This document shows, piece after piece, positions 44,808 through 54,648 of a DNA stretch of 64,000 bases. Made by a program: the position numbers and the translations under genes. The DNA is from a bacterium (GTDB lineage: Bacteria; UBA8248), in NCBI GenBank assembly GCA_965199855.1, contig OZ241326.1, positions 896,001 to 960,000 on the forward strand. Direction: 5' to 3'. The notes under the pieces were generated by a model. It was not told the DNA's origin, searched no databases, and worked only from the letters and a program-made list of their open reading frames with translations. How positions within the stretch are numbered: the stretch's first letter is position 1; each line of letters opens with the position of its first letter.

Positions 44808-45156
44808 GAATGAGGTCGTCCACGGCGACGCCCAGCGCGCGGGCGAGCGCGGCGAGCGTTCGGGTCGAGCCCGCCCGCTTTCCCGTCTCGATTTGGGAAA
44901 GATACACGGGGTGGACGCCGGCCGCCGAGGCCAATTCGCCCTGGGTCATGCCGCGATGGGCGCGGACGGGGTTCTCGCCCGCCAGGAGGCGATCCGCCAG
45001 CTCGACGGGAAAGGACTCGCCCCCCTCCGCCCGCGCGCGATCGTAAAGCGCCTCCGCGTCTCCCTCCTCCCCCGCCAGCCGCTCGTATTCCCGCCAGGGG
45101 ATGACGGCGAAGGCGGGCCGGCCCGCGTCGTCGAGAATAACCTGCGGCTCGCTCAT
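44803..45156 (-). CDS. XRE-family HTH protein (antitoxin-like, orphan)
   Basis: GRPAFAVIPWREYERL N-terminus; MTQGELASAAGVHPVYLSQIETGK HTH. Confidence 0.8.
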   Translation of the reverse strand: MSEPQVILDDAGRPAFAVIPWREYERLAGEEGDAEALYDRARAEGGESFPVELADRLLAGENPVRAHRGMTQGELASAAGVHPVYLSQIETGKRAGSTRTLAALARALGVAVDDLIP

Positions 45157-45198
45157 GGCGTCTCCCGTCCCCTGTAAGCCTGCCCGCCCGCGGGGCGG

Positions 45199-46440
45199 CT
45201 ACTCGATGACGACGTGCTCCCGGCGGGGCTCCCCCAGGTGCGTCATGCCCGTTTCGGTGACGAGGACGGTGTATTCCGCGTGAACCCCGCCCTCGCCGAA
45301 CCTGCCGGAGGGCAGCTCCACCGAGAGCGCGGCGCCCGCCGGAAGGGGGATGTCCGAGTCGGGCGGCAGAAACGGATCGTCGAGTTTGACGGGTTCGCTC
45401 AGCGTGTAGGGCAGCTCGCGCGCCTCGACCCCGATGGTGTGTCCGCAGAAGGCGCCGCCGTAGCGCGGAAGCCCGGACTTCCGCGCCGCGGCGACCGCCG
45501 CGCGGAAAATCGCCGAAGGCTTCACCCCCGCGCGGATCACCCCGAAGGCGGCCTCCAGCCCCGCCTGAATCGCGCGCCACTGCGCCTTGCGCGCCGCGTC
45601 CGGCTCGCCGAAGGAGCCGCAGCAGCCCACGTCCGCGCAGTAGTGGTTCAGCCTCATGCCCGCGTCGAAGAAGAAGCCGTCGCCCGGCCCGAACTTCCGA
45701 TCCGAGGGCGGGAAGATGGAAGCCGAGCGCCTGCCGCCCCCCAGGTGGAACCAGCTCCATTTCCCCTCGCCGGCGGCCACGGCCGCGTAGTAGCGGCGCG
45801 CCACCTCGCGCTCCGTCCGCCCGACGGCCATCTCCTCGTGGAAGGCGGCGACCGCCCGCTCGTTCAGGAGCGCGGCGGCGCGCATCCGCTCGACTTCCTC
45901 CTCCGTCTTCTGAAGGCGAATCAGCCGGAAGAGGCTCGAGCCGTCCAGCAGGGACGCGCCCGGAAGCGCCGCCTCCACGCCCGCGCGCGTGGCCGGGCGG
46001 ATTCCCTCCTGGTCGAGCGCCGCCCGCCCGCGCGAGAGGCCGCGCTCGCGCAGCAGCCCGGCGAGCGCGCCCGCCGCGTTCGCCTCGCGCGGGGCGTCCT
46101 CGGCCACCAGCGCCAGATAGCGGCGCTCCTCCCCGGTCGCGCCCTCCTCGCCGGGGGACACGTCGAGCGCGGAGCGGGGGCCGTAGCCCCGCGCGTCCGC
46201 GATCCACGAGCCCGCCGCCGCGTAGTAGGTCTCGTCCTGCCGGGAGACTATCAGGGCGGGCGGGGAGGAGGGATCGCGGAAGAACGCCGCGAAGGTCTCC
46301 GTCACGGCGTCGCCGTAGGCGTATTGCGCCCAGCCCTGGCAGCCGGAGAGATAGAGGACGTTGTGGCGCGTCGCCGCGATGAGCGCGTCGAGGTCAAACC
46401 TCTCCATGAACTCCAGGGCGCGCTGTCTGTGAAAGAGCAT
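45199..46440 (-). CDS. M24 (Xaa-Pro peptidase/creatinase-like) family protein
   Basis: NVLYLSG, KTEEE, D..D (FDAG..YCAD), GHTIG, E ligands. Confidence 0.85.
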   Translation of the reverse strand: MLFHRQRALEFMERFDLDALIAATRHNVLYLSGCQGWAQYAYGDAVTETFAAFFRDPSSPPALIVSRQDETYYAAAGSWIADARGYGPRSALDVSPGEEGATGEERRYLALVAEDAPREANAAGALAGLLRERGLSRGRAALDQEGIRPATRAGVEAALPGASLLDGSSLFRLIRLQKTEEEVERMRAAALLNERAVAAFHEEMAVGRTEREVARRYYAAVAAGEGKWSWFHLGGGRRSASIFPPSDRKFGPGDGFFFDAGMRLNHYCADVGCCGSFGEPDAARKAQWRAIQAGLEAAFGVIRAGVKPSAIFRAAVAAARKSGLPRYGGAFCGHTIGVEARELPYTLSEPVKLDDPFLPPDSDIPLPAGAALSVELPSGRFGEGGVHAEYTVLVTETGMTHLGEPRREHVVIE

Positions 46441-46448
46441 GGGCGTCC

Positions 46449-49400
46449 TCAGTGGGAAGCTGCCGGGCGGCGGGCGCTCCTGACGCTTCTGATCTGCCGG
46501 ACGAGCGGAACGCCCCCGCAGATCAGGCCCGCCGCCAGCATGACGGCGCTGAAGAAGATGACGAACAGGATGAGCGCGATGAAGCAGACGAACAGGAGAA
46601 TCCGCTCATACCCGTAGAGCCTGTCCAGGAGCCAGCCCTGCGTCCCCGCCGAGAAGGCGATGAAGCCCAGGAGCGTCATGGAGGCGGAAAGGGCGACGCG
46701 AAGGGGGTGCGCGAAGGTGAGCAGCGCCGGGTCGAACATGAACAGGAAGGGCACGATGAAGCCCACGATGGCGAAGCGAAGCGACATCATCGACGTCTTG
46801 AAGTAGGGCGCGCCCGCCAGCTTCGCCCCCACGAGCGAGGCTATCGCCACGGGCGGCGTGATGGCCGAGAGTATCGCGAAGTAGAAGATGAACATGTGGG
46901 CGGCGACGCGATCCCCCTTCGCGGCGACGAACGCCTGGGTCCATTCCGCGCCGTAGACGTGCGTGAGCTCGGGGGCGACGAGCTTGATGAGCACGGGGCC
47001 GCCCAGAATGGCGAGCAGCACGTACGCCGCCGTCGTCGGCATCCCCATGCCCAGGACCGCGCAGCAGACCGCCGTGAGAAGCAGCGCGACGAAGAAGCCG
47101 TCCAGCCCGATGTAATACGCGCACCCGCCGCCCGCCGCCGCGCCGAAGAGGCAGACGTCCTGGGCGAGCGCCTCTATCATGAAGGCGAACTTGTTGCCCA
47201 CGCCCGTGATGGTGAGCACCTGGACGACGACCTCGATGGTCGCCAGCGTCACCGCGAACTCGGCCCCCTGCCTGCCCCCCACCCGCAGGGCGTCGCGGAT
47301 GCTGAGAATCCACTTCGAGGCGCTCTCGGCGGCGCGCGCGCCCGCGCCCGTCTCCCCCGTCCTCCTCGCCCGCTCCAGGTAGGTGAACGGGTTGCAGGCC
47401 ACGGCCAGCGCCTGGCTCGCGCTCGCCCGCGCGTCGCCGCCGCCGGAGGGCTTCGGGGCGAAGGAGAAGATGACCCTCTGGACGAGGAAGGCCAGCCCGA
47501 AGAAGATGAGGCCGTCGTAGATGAACCCGAAGGGGATGAACCATTCGCCGAAGTCGGCGACGGGGGGGGCGAGCGCGTAGATGCCCTTTTGCGCGTAATA
47601 CGCCCCGACCCAGAGCATGGCGAAATACCAGGGAATGGTGGTGGCGGGCTGGGGGCGGCTTCCTCCGAGGAGCGCCCGCGCCCCGAGCAGCACCAGAATG
47701 AGGGCGGCGCCCGCCACGCCGGAGGACCAGCCGAGCGTCCCCCACAGCGCCAGCAGGGTGAGCGGGAAGACGGCGAGCCAGTTGCGCTCCGTCTCCCGCC
47801 AGAATTCGCCCGCCCAGGAGAAGACGCGGATGAAGACGCTCAGCAGGACGAAGCCGGCGGCGCCCAGCGCCAGGGCGGCGCGCGCCGCCCCGCCCCAGGT
47901 CGGCTCTTCATAGACGCCCAGGGGCAGGCCGAGACCCAGCTCGAGAACCGCGAGAAGGGCGAACAGGAAGAACGCGAAGACCCAGAACGTGACCGGCACG
48001 AAAACGAATATCTCGTCGGAGACGGCTTTCTCCCCCCGCCTCAGCGTTCCCAGGAACTCCGCCGCGTTGCGGTAGAACCAGACGCCCACCATGATGAAGA
48101 CCGACATGACGCCGGCGAACACGGGCGTCCGCCCCTCGAAGAGGAAATAGACCAGAAACGCCAGGGGCACGAGATAGAACCACCCGTCCTTCAGCTCCGC
48201 CCTCCAGCTCGGAATCTCGGCGGGGGGCAGGGGCTTGATGTTCAGCGCGCCCGCCGCGAAGTGGATGTTGATGCCCACGATGGTGAAATAGAGGATGGCC
48301 GGGATGGTGGCGTAGCCGATGATCTGGAAGTAGGGCACCTCGATGAGCTCGCTCATGATGAAGGCGCCCGCGCCCATGACGGGCGGCATGATCTGCCCGC
48401 CGCTGCTCGCCGCCGCCTCCGCCGCCCCGGCGATGTGGGGGCTCAGCCCGATGCGCTTCATCAGGGGAATCGTGAAGGTGCCGGTGGTCACGACGTTGCC
48501 GGAGGCGCTGCCCGACACCGTGCCCATGAGCGCGCTCGAGCCCACGGCGGCCAGGCCCGCGCCCGCGCGCATCTTCCCGAAGAGGCCCAGGGCGAAGTTC
48601 ACGAAGAAGCGCCCCGCGCCCGACTCGTGCAGGAACGCCCCCAGAATCAGGAACATGATGATGAAGGTGGCCGAGATGACGACCAGAAAGCCCAGGACGC
48701 CCCCGATGAAGTCCGTCGAGAGCTTCGCCTGAAGCTCGATCCACGTGTGGCCGCCGTGCCCGAAGGGGGGGGCGAACAGGTTGCCCCAGACCCCGTAGGC
48801 GAAGGCGATGACGGCCAGCGTCGGAAGCGGGGGGCCGAAGCAGCGCCGCGTCAGCTCCAGGGCGACGACGAGCATGACGAAGCCCACGCGCGCGTCGCCT
48901 ATCGTGGGCGCCCCGGGGCGATCCACCATGTCCTCGTGGTAGTAGAACAGGTAGAGGCAGGCGGTCGCCACGAAAAAGAGCATCCCGGCGTTCAGCCCGA
49001 TCGTGAACCCCGCGGGAAAGGGGTGGGCCGGATGCGCCTCGAACACCCGCTTGATGCGCTTTTTGGCCCAGAACAGGGGAAACGCGCAGACGAGCGCCGG
49101 CCAGAGGTAGAAGACGCTCCGCGCCTCGTCGCTCTGGGCGGCCCACAGGCCCACCCGCCAGCCGCCCAGAATGAGCGCCGCGAAGAACACCGCGAGGAAG
49201 CCGCCCGCCTTCCTCACGCCCTCGGCGGGCCGGAAGAATATGGCGAAGAGGGTCCACATCGTCGGTATGGCGGAGCACGCGATCAAAAGCCACCAGAAGG
49301 TGGGCTCCTGCGCGCTCTCGGGCAGGGAATCCCAGTAGAGGAAGAGCAGCGGCGCGGGAGCGAAGCCCAGCAGCCAGAGGGCGAGCGCGAGCCAGGACTT

Positions 49401-49784
49401 CTCGACGGCCATCATCGCCAGCCAGATGGCGAAGGGAAGCGCATAGATCCACCAGACGCTCGCGTCGGACCAGCCCTCGCCCATCTCATAGACGAAATAG
49501 TAGAAGATCACGGCGGGAACCAGCGAGACGACGTACAGGACGGGCAGAAGCTTCAGCTTTCGGATCTTGTCCCCGTAAATCTCGGGCATCGCCCCGGCGC
49601 CGCCGATGAGGAGAATGGCGTAGGCCAGGAGCATGTGCATATTGGGGTGCATCTCGCCCGGCAGGGGCCGCAGATAGACCGCCGAGATGTGATACAGGCC
49701 CGAGAGCACGCAGAGCCAGGCGGCGGTGAAAACCAGCGCCCGGACGAGAGGCGCCGACCGGGTGGGGTCCGATTCGGTAGTCAT
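46449..49784 (-). CDS. TAXI-TRAP fused 4TM/12TM permease with large extra membrane insertions (1111 aa)
   Basis: SGSASGNVVTTGTFTIPLMK, ASSGGQIMPPVMGAGAF, LGMGMPTTAAY, SAITPPVA. Confidence 0.92.
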   Translation of the reverse strand: MTTESDPTRSAPLVRALVFTAAWLCVLSGLYHISAVYLRPLPGEMHPNMHMLLAYAILLIGGAGAMPEIYGDKIRKLKLLPVLYVVSLVPAVIFYYFVYEMGEGWSDASVWWIYALPFAIWLAMMAVEKSWLALALWLLGFAPAPLLFLYWDSLPESAQEPTFWWLLIACSAIPTMWTLFAIFFRPAEGVRKAGGFLAVFFAALILGGWRVGLWAAQSDEARSVFYLWPALVCAFPLFWAKKRIKRVFEAHPAHPFPAGFTIGLNAGMLFFVATACLYLFYYHEDMVDRPGAPTIGDARVGFVMLVVALELTRRCFGPPLPTLAVIAFAYGVWGNLFAPPFGHGGHTWIELQAKLSTDFIGGVLGFLVVISATFIIMFLILGAFLHESGAGRFFVNFALGLFGKMRAGAGLAAVGSSALMGTVSGSASGNVVTTGTFTIPLMKRIGLSPHIAGAAEAAASSGGQIMPPVMGAGAFIMSELIEVPYFQIIGYATIPAILYFTIVGINIHFAAGALNIKPLPPAEIPSWRAELKDGWFYLVPLAFLVYFLFEGRTPVFAGVMSVFIMVGVWFYRNAAEFLGTLRRGEKAVSDEIFVFVPVTFWVFAFFLFALLAVLELGLGLPLGVYEEPTWGGAARAALALGAAGFVLLSVFIRVFSWAGEFWRETERNWLAVFPLTLLALWGTLGWSSGVAGAALILVLLGARALLGGSRPQPATTIPWYFAMLWVGAYYAQKGIYALAPPVADFGEWFIPFGFIYDGLIFFGLAFLVQRVIFSFAPKPSGGGDARASASQALAVACNPFTYLERARRTGETGAGARAAESASKWILSIRDALRVGGRQGAEFAVTLATIEVVVQVLTITGVGNKFAFMIEALAQDVCLFGAAAGGGCAYYIGLDGFFVALLLTAVCCAVLGMGMPTTAAYVLLAILGGPVLIKLVAPELTHVYGAEWTQAFVAAKGDRVAAHMFIFYFAILSAITPPVAIASLVGAKLAGAPYFKTSMMSLRFAIVGFIVPFLFMFDPALLTFAHPLRVALSASMTLLGFIAFSAGTQGWLLDRLYGYERILLFVCFIALILFVIFFSAVMLAAGLICGGVPLVRQIRSVRSARRPAASH

Positions 49785-50059
49785 GCGTTTCCTTTCCTGT
49801 CTTCGCCGGGGCGGCGTCACCGCGGCGAAACGGAAGCCGTTTGGCGTGAACCGCTCCATTCTAGCGGATAGTCCCGCCGCTTCGCCAGCCTCCCGGGGAA
49901 TTTCTCCGCCGGCTTCCGCGCTTGACCGAATTCCCGAGGGTTGCTTTACTCGGGCGGAATCGCTACACTTGAGAATCCTCGAACTTCATTGACGAGATCG
50001 GACATCCCGAACCCGCAGCAGGCGCGAGGTTCACCACTTTGCTCGAAAAGGAGAAGCGA

Positions 50060-51031
50060 ATGAGGAAACGCACACTTCGGCTGATCGCGCTGGCGGCGGG
50101 CCTGGCTCTCGCCCTCGGCGCGGCGCAGACGGCGGAGGCGGCCAAGATCCTTCTGGGAACGTCCCAGCCCGGCGGCGCCACCTTCGAGATCGGAACCGCC
50201 ATCGGCAAGGTCATCACGGACAACTCGGGCGGCAAGATTCAGGTGTCCGCGGCCGTCACGGGCGGCTCCACCGCGAACGTCCGCACCCTCCAGAAGAAGA
50301 ACAAGATGCAGCCCTTCCGCATGGGCATGGCCACGGCGCCCGCCGTCGCTTGGGGGCAGACGGGCAGAAAGCCCTTCAAGAAGCCCCAGGACGTTCTGGC
50401 GCTCGGGGCGCTCTACCCGCTGACGACCGTCTACACCACCTTCAAGACCACGGGCATCAAGAAGTGGTCCGACCTCGGCGGCAAGAGGTTCGTCGTGGGC
50501 GGGCGCGGCGGCTCCATCTACATCGTCACGCAGCTCGCGCTCAAGCACAGCGGCGTCAAGGCGAAGCGCGAGTTCTTCAACAACAACCAGAACTCGGCCG
50601 CCATCAAGGATCAGCGCGTGGACGCGGGCTTCTTCTTCCTGAACGGGGGCGTGCCCGCGCCCGTGTACATGGACCTCGCGCGCACGCTCTCCGGCAAGCT
50701 CCACTTCTTCGGGCCGGACGAGGCGACCATCAAGAAGCTCGCCGAGAACGAGGCGGGCATCGTGCGCGACGTGGTGCGCGCGGGCTCCATTCCCGGCTAC
50801 GGCAAGGACGTCGTCAGCTGGGGGCAGATGTGGTCGATGATGACGAGCAGCAAGATGAGCAGCGGCAACGCCTACGCGATCGTCAAGACGCTGTATGACA
50901 ACCACGAGAAAATCTCGAAATACCACCCCGCCGGAAAGTTCATCACGAAAAAGACCGGCCTTCGCGGCATGAAGAAGCTCAAGATTCATCCGGGCGCGGC
51001 GCGCTACTGGAAGGAATCGGGCATGATGTAG
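50060..51031 (+). CDS. TAXI-family TRAP solute-binding protein
   Basis: signal peptide, GTSQPGG, TGGSTAN, IHPGAARYWKE. Confidence 0.9.
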   Translation: MRKRTLRLIALAAGLALALGAAQTAEAAKILLGTSQPGGATFEIGTAIGKVITDNSGGKIQVSAAVTGGSTANVRTLQKKNKMQPFRMGMATAPAVAWGQTGRKPFKKPQDVLALGALYPLTTVYTTFKTTGIKKWSDLGGKRFVVGGRGGSIYIVTQLALKHSGVKAKREFFNNNQNSAAIKDQRVDAGFFFLNGGVPAPVYMDLARTLSGKLHFFGPDEATIKKLAENEAGIVRDVVRAGSIPGYGKDVVSWGQMWSMMTSSKMSSGNAYAIVKTLYDNHEKISKYHPAGKFITKKTGLRGMKKLKIHPGAARYWKESGMM

Positions 51032-51034
51032 GCT

Positions 51035-51289
51035 TCACCGAAGCGCGAAAGCCCCCCGCCGAGGCGGGGGGCTTTTTGTTTTTTGCTGTCCCGTCGCGCT
51101 CCTCACGCGGGACGGGAGCGATTCGGGCGGCGCCTCCGCCGCGGCATCGCGCCGGGGCGTTTCAGCGGGGTAGTTGTAGAGCGCGACCAGACAGCCGTCG
51201 GTCTCGCTCCGCGTTTGGGCGAGCGCCGTCCCCGCCGCCGCGCAGCCGAGAACGAAAACGGCGAGCCCGAGCGTCCCGAAGCGGCGCAT
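51035..51289 (-). CDS. small hypothetical secreted protein
   Basis: GGAGG RBS and signal-peptide-like MRRFGTLGLAVFVLGCAAAGTALA; ORF runs into the terminator. Confidence 0.3.
   Translation of the reverse strand: MRRFGTLGLAVFVLGCAAAGTALAQTRSETDGCLVALYNYPAETPRRDAAAEAPPESLPSRVRSATGQQKTKSPPPRRGAFALR
51048..51084 (+). terminator. intrinsic terminator
   Basis: AAAGCCCCCCGCC-GA-GGCGGGGGGCTTT followed by a T-rich tail. Confidence 0.8.
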
Positions 51290-51402
51290 CGAAAGCCCTC
51301 CAGTGAAAATTCCGTCAAAACGCGCGCCCGGGAGCATACCACAAGGCGGCGGGTCGTTCCCGAACGATCCCAACGGCGAGGGCGGCAATGATTTCATGTT
51401 TT

Positions 51403-51427
51403 CGTAGGGGCGGTTCGAGAACCGCCC
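51403..51427 (+). repeat. CGTAG-tailed REP-like hairpin
   Basis: CGTAGGGGCGGTTCGAGAACCGCCC, near-identical to 35492. Confidence 0.8.
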
Positions 51428-51605
51428 GTTTCGGAGAAGGGTTCGCATCGGCGGCGGGGCGTTCGCTACGGGATTTTCCGGTTGAAAAACGCTTTCAATC
51501 CCTATAAACTGTTTCGCATGCCAATAGAACGGCGCGGCTGCCGGCGTATTCATTCGCGCCCTTGCGGTTCATGGCCACGCGGTCTTTTCCGGGAAACGGC
51601 GCTTC

Positions 51606-53564
51606 GTGAGTGAATCCGCGAATTTGCTTGAAATGCTGAAAATCGACAAATCCTTTCCGGGCGTCCACGCGCTCAAGGAGGTCGATTTTCATCTCGCCGA
51701 AGGCGAGGTGCACATTCTTCTGGGCGAGAACGGCGCCGGAAAATCCACCCTCATCAAGATTCTGGCGGGCATCTACCACGCCGATTCGGGCGAAATCAGG
51801 ATCGGCGGAGCGCCTACGGTCATTCCCGACGCGAGAACCGGGCGCGACCTGGGCATCAGCGTCATCTACCAGGAGCTGAACCTGGTGCCCGACCTGAGCG
51901 TCGCCAAGAACGTCTTCCTGGGCCGGGAGCCCGTCATCCCCGGCGTGATGCGGCGCGTGGACTGGGCCAGGGTCGAGCGGGAATCGCGGGCGATCATGGA
52001 GCGCCTGGACGCGCGGATTGACGTCGGCGCGCCGGTCCGCTCCCTGAGCGTGGCGGATCAGCAGATGGTGGAGATCGCCCGCGCCCTCGCCTTCGACTGC
52101 AAGATCCTGGTGATGGACGAGCCCACCTCCTCCCTGAGCGGGCACGAGATCGAGGAGCTCTTCAAGGCGGTGAAGCTCCTGCGCGAGCAGGGGGTCGGCG
52201 TCATCTACATCTCGCACCGGCTCGAGGAGGTCCACGAAATCGGGGATCGGGTTACCGTCCTGCGGGACGGGGAATACATCGGCACGTGGGAGGTGCGGGA
52301 CGCCGAGCTCGACTTCCTGATCACCCGGATGGTGGGGCGCGCCCTCGACGAGAAATTCCCCTGGACGCCCCGGGAGCGCGGAGAGGTGGCGCTGCGCGTG
52401 CGCGGCCTCACCCGCGGCGGCGCGTTCGAGGACATCGACTTCGACCTCCACTACGGGGAAATCGTCGGCCTCTCGGGCCTCGTCGGCGCGGGAAGAACCG
52501 AGGTGGCGCGCGCCGTCATGGGGGCGGACCCGGTGGACGGCGGCACCGTGGAGATGACCGGCGCGACGAAGGAAAAGGAGGCGATCCAGCGTCTGCCCCA
52601 CTATCCGCTCTGGATGGCCGCCGCGGACGTGCTCGTCTTCATGCTGGCGCTTCCGCTCTTCACCGTCATTTTCCAGGGAATCTACGACCCCGTCACGCTC
52701 AACATGAACGCGCCGCCGCCCCTGTTCAGCGCGGCGTGGTTCTATGAGTGGATCATCGGCGGGCCGCTCTACAACATAGCGAACGGCCCCGTCCCCTACC
52801 TCGCCGCCGCCGGGCTGGCGCTCGCGCGGCAGGCGGGGCTCTGGTTCATGGAGCGGCGATATCGCTGGAGCGTCATGGCCGCCGACCTCGCGAGCTGGTA
52901 CGCCCTGGCGATCTGCGCGATGGTGGCGGCGAGCCTCTTCACCCAGAATTTCGTTCTCGAGTGGGTGATGATCTGGGGCGGCGCCGCCATGGTCCTCCTC
53001 CGGTTCCTGAACACCCTCACCCACGAGCGCAAGTGGACGCCGAGCCTCGCCATACGGCGCGGGCTGGGGCTTCTGCCCGAGGACAGAAAAACCCAGGGGC
53101 TCACCCAGACGCTCTCGGTCGCCTTCAACGTCACGAGCGCGAACCTCATCCGCCTCATCAAGCGGTGGCTGCTCAACCTGAGCCTGGAGAAAGACCTCGT
53201 GGACGAGCACGTCCGCCAGCTGAAGATCATGACGCCGGATCAGGACACGCGAATACGCTTCCTCTCGGGCGGCAACCAGCAGAAGGTCGTCCTCGCCAAG
53301 TGGCTCTTCCGGCGCGCCAACGTGCTCATCTTCGACGAGCCGACGCGCGGAATCGACGTGGGAGCGAAATTCGAGGTTCACTCGCAGATGCTGCGCCTCG
53401 CCGAGGGCGGCGCGGCGATCATGATGATATCGAGCGAGCTGCCCGAGATTCTCGGAATGAGCGACCGCATTCTGGTGATGCGCGAGGGGCGCCTCACCGC
53501 GGACATCAAGAGGGAAGACGCGACGCAGGAGGGAATTCTGCGCTGCGCCATGACGGCGGAGTGA
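51606..53564 (+). CDS. sugar ABC transporter ATP-binding protein (RbsA-like) with inserted multi-TM domain
   Basis: GENGAGKST, DEPTSSL, GLVGAGRTE, PEDRK, LSGGNQQKV, DEPTRGIDVGAK; hydrophobic insert at about 52563-53036. Confidence 0.92.
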   Translation: MSESANLLEMLKIDKSFPGVHALKEVDFHLAEGEVHILLGENGAGKSTLIKILAGIYHADSGEIRIGGAPTVIPDARTGRDLGISVIYQELNLVPDLSVAKNVFLGREPVIPGVMRRVDWARVERESRAIMERLDARIDVGAPVRSLSVADQQMVEIARALAFDCKILVMDEPTSSLSGHEIEELFKAVKLLREQGVGVIYISHRLEEVHEIGDRVTVLRDGEYIGTWEVRDAELDFLITRMVGRALDEKFPWTPRERGEVALRVRGLTRGGAFEDIDFDLHYGEIVGLSGLVGAGRTEVARAVMGADPVDGGTVEMTGATKEKEAIQRLPHYPLWMAAADVLVFMLALPLFTVIFQGIYDPVTLNMNAPPPLFSAAWFYEWIIGGPLYNIANGPVPYLAAAGLALARQAGLWFMERRYRWSVMAADLASWYALAICAMVAASLFTQNFVLEWVMIWGGAAMVLLRFLNTLTHERKWTPSLAIRRGLGLLPEDRKTQGLTQTLSVAFNVTSANLIRLIKRWLLNLSLEKDLVDEHVRQLKIMTPDQDTRIRFLSGGNQQKVVLAKWLFRRANVLIFDEPTRGIDVGAKFEVHSQMLRLAEGGAAIMMISSELPEILGMSDRILVMREGRLTADIKREDATQEGILRCAMTAE

Positions 53565-53619
53565 GCCGCGTTCGGCCCGAACCCCTCATCCGGGCCAAGA
53601 GCAATCGGAGGCGGATTCA

Positions 53620-54633
53620 GTGAGCACCGCGGCCCCGGCGGGGAGTGAGAAGCTCATTCTGGGATATCCGGCCAAGGACGTCCCCTGGGAGCGCGTCCTC
53701 CTCATTTCCGCGTTCCTCGTCCTGATGGGCTTCTACGCCTTCGCGACCGAGAATTTTCTCACCCTCGAGAACTTCGTGAACGTCGTGCGCCGCGACGCCT
53801 GGCTCTTCTTCCTCGCCTACGCGCAGACGCTGGTCATCGTCTCGGGCGGCTTCGACCTCTCCCAGGGCTCCATCATGAGCGTGGTGAGCGTGATGGCCTG
53901 GAGCGCGATGCTGCACTTCGGGTTCTTCATCGGCCTCATCGCGGGCCTGGGCATCGGCCTGCTGTGCGGCGCCGTCAACGGCTTCTTCGTCGGCGTCGTC
54001 CGGGTGTATCCGTTCATCGCCACGCTGGGGATGCTCTTCGTCGGCAGCGGCGCGGCGCAGCTCTGGACGGGCGGCCTGCAGATGGGCGGCGCGCGTGAGG
54101 GGGCGACGCTGCCGAAGCACGTGGAGGAGGCCTACGTCTTTCTGGCGAAGGGCAGCCTGGGGCCCATCCCCTTCACGTTCATCTGGATACTCATCGCCCT
54201 GGGCGCCATGTGGTATCTGCTCAAATACACCCGCTTCGGCACCTACGTCTACGCTCTGGGCGGAAGCGAGCAGACGGCCATCTCCGCGGGCGTCAGCTTC
54301 CCCGCCATGAAGCTCGCCATCTTCGGCGTCGGCGGCCTGCTGTGCGGCTTCGCGGGCCTTCTTCTCTCGGCGAACGTCAGCGCGGCGGGCGAGCCGAGGC
54401 TGGGCGGCGGCGACCAGCTCCTCCAGTCCATCGGGGCGACCATCATCGGCGGCACGCACATCTTCGGCGGGCGGGGCGGCGTGCTGGGCACCACCCTGGG
54501 CGTATTCCTCATCATATTCCTGGTGAACGGACTGAACATCATGGGAATCGACACATACCGGCAGCAGATCGTCGTCGGTCTGGTCATCCTCTCATCCATC
54601 TGGGTCAGCACCCTGCGCGAGCAGAAGAACTAG
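53620..54633 (+). CDS. sugar ABC transporter permease (RbsC-like)
   Basis: GGFDLSQG, PFIATLG, TRFGTYVYALGG, IIGGT. Confidence 0.92.
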   Translation: MSTAAPAGSEKLILGYPAKDVPWERVLLISAFLVLMGFYAFATENFLTLENFVNVVRRDAWLFFLAYAQTLVIVSGGFDLSQGSIMSVVSVMAWSAMLHFGFFIGLIAGLGIGLLCGAVNGFFVGVVRVYPFIATLGMLFVGSGAAQLWTGGLQMGGAREGATLPKHVEEAYVFLAKGSLGPIPFTFIWILIALGAMWYLLKYTRFGTYVYALGGSEQTAISAGVSFPAMKLAIFGVGGLLCGFAGLLLSANVSAAGEPRLGGGDQLLQSIGATIIGGTHIFGGRGGVLGTTLGVFLIIFLVNGLNIMGIDTYRQQIVVGLVILSSIWVSTLREQKN

Positions 54634-54648
54634 GGGAGATTCCGCGTC

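Noticed and set aside
52563-53036. ATPase insertion as an intein or mobile DNA
   Set aside because: No N-terminal Cys/Ser or C-terminal His-Asn splice motifs, no endonuclease motifs and no terminal repeats; the segment is hydrophobic.
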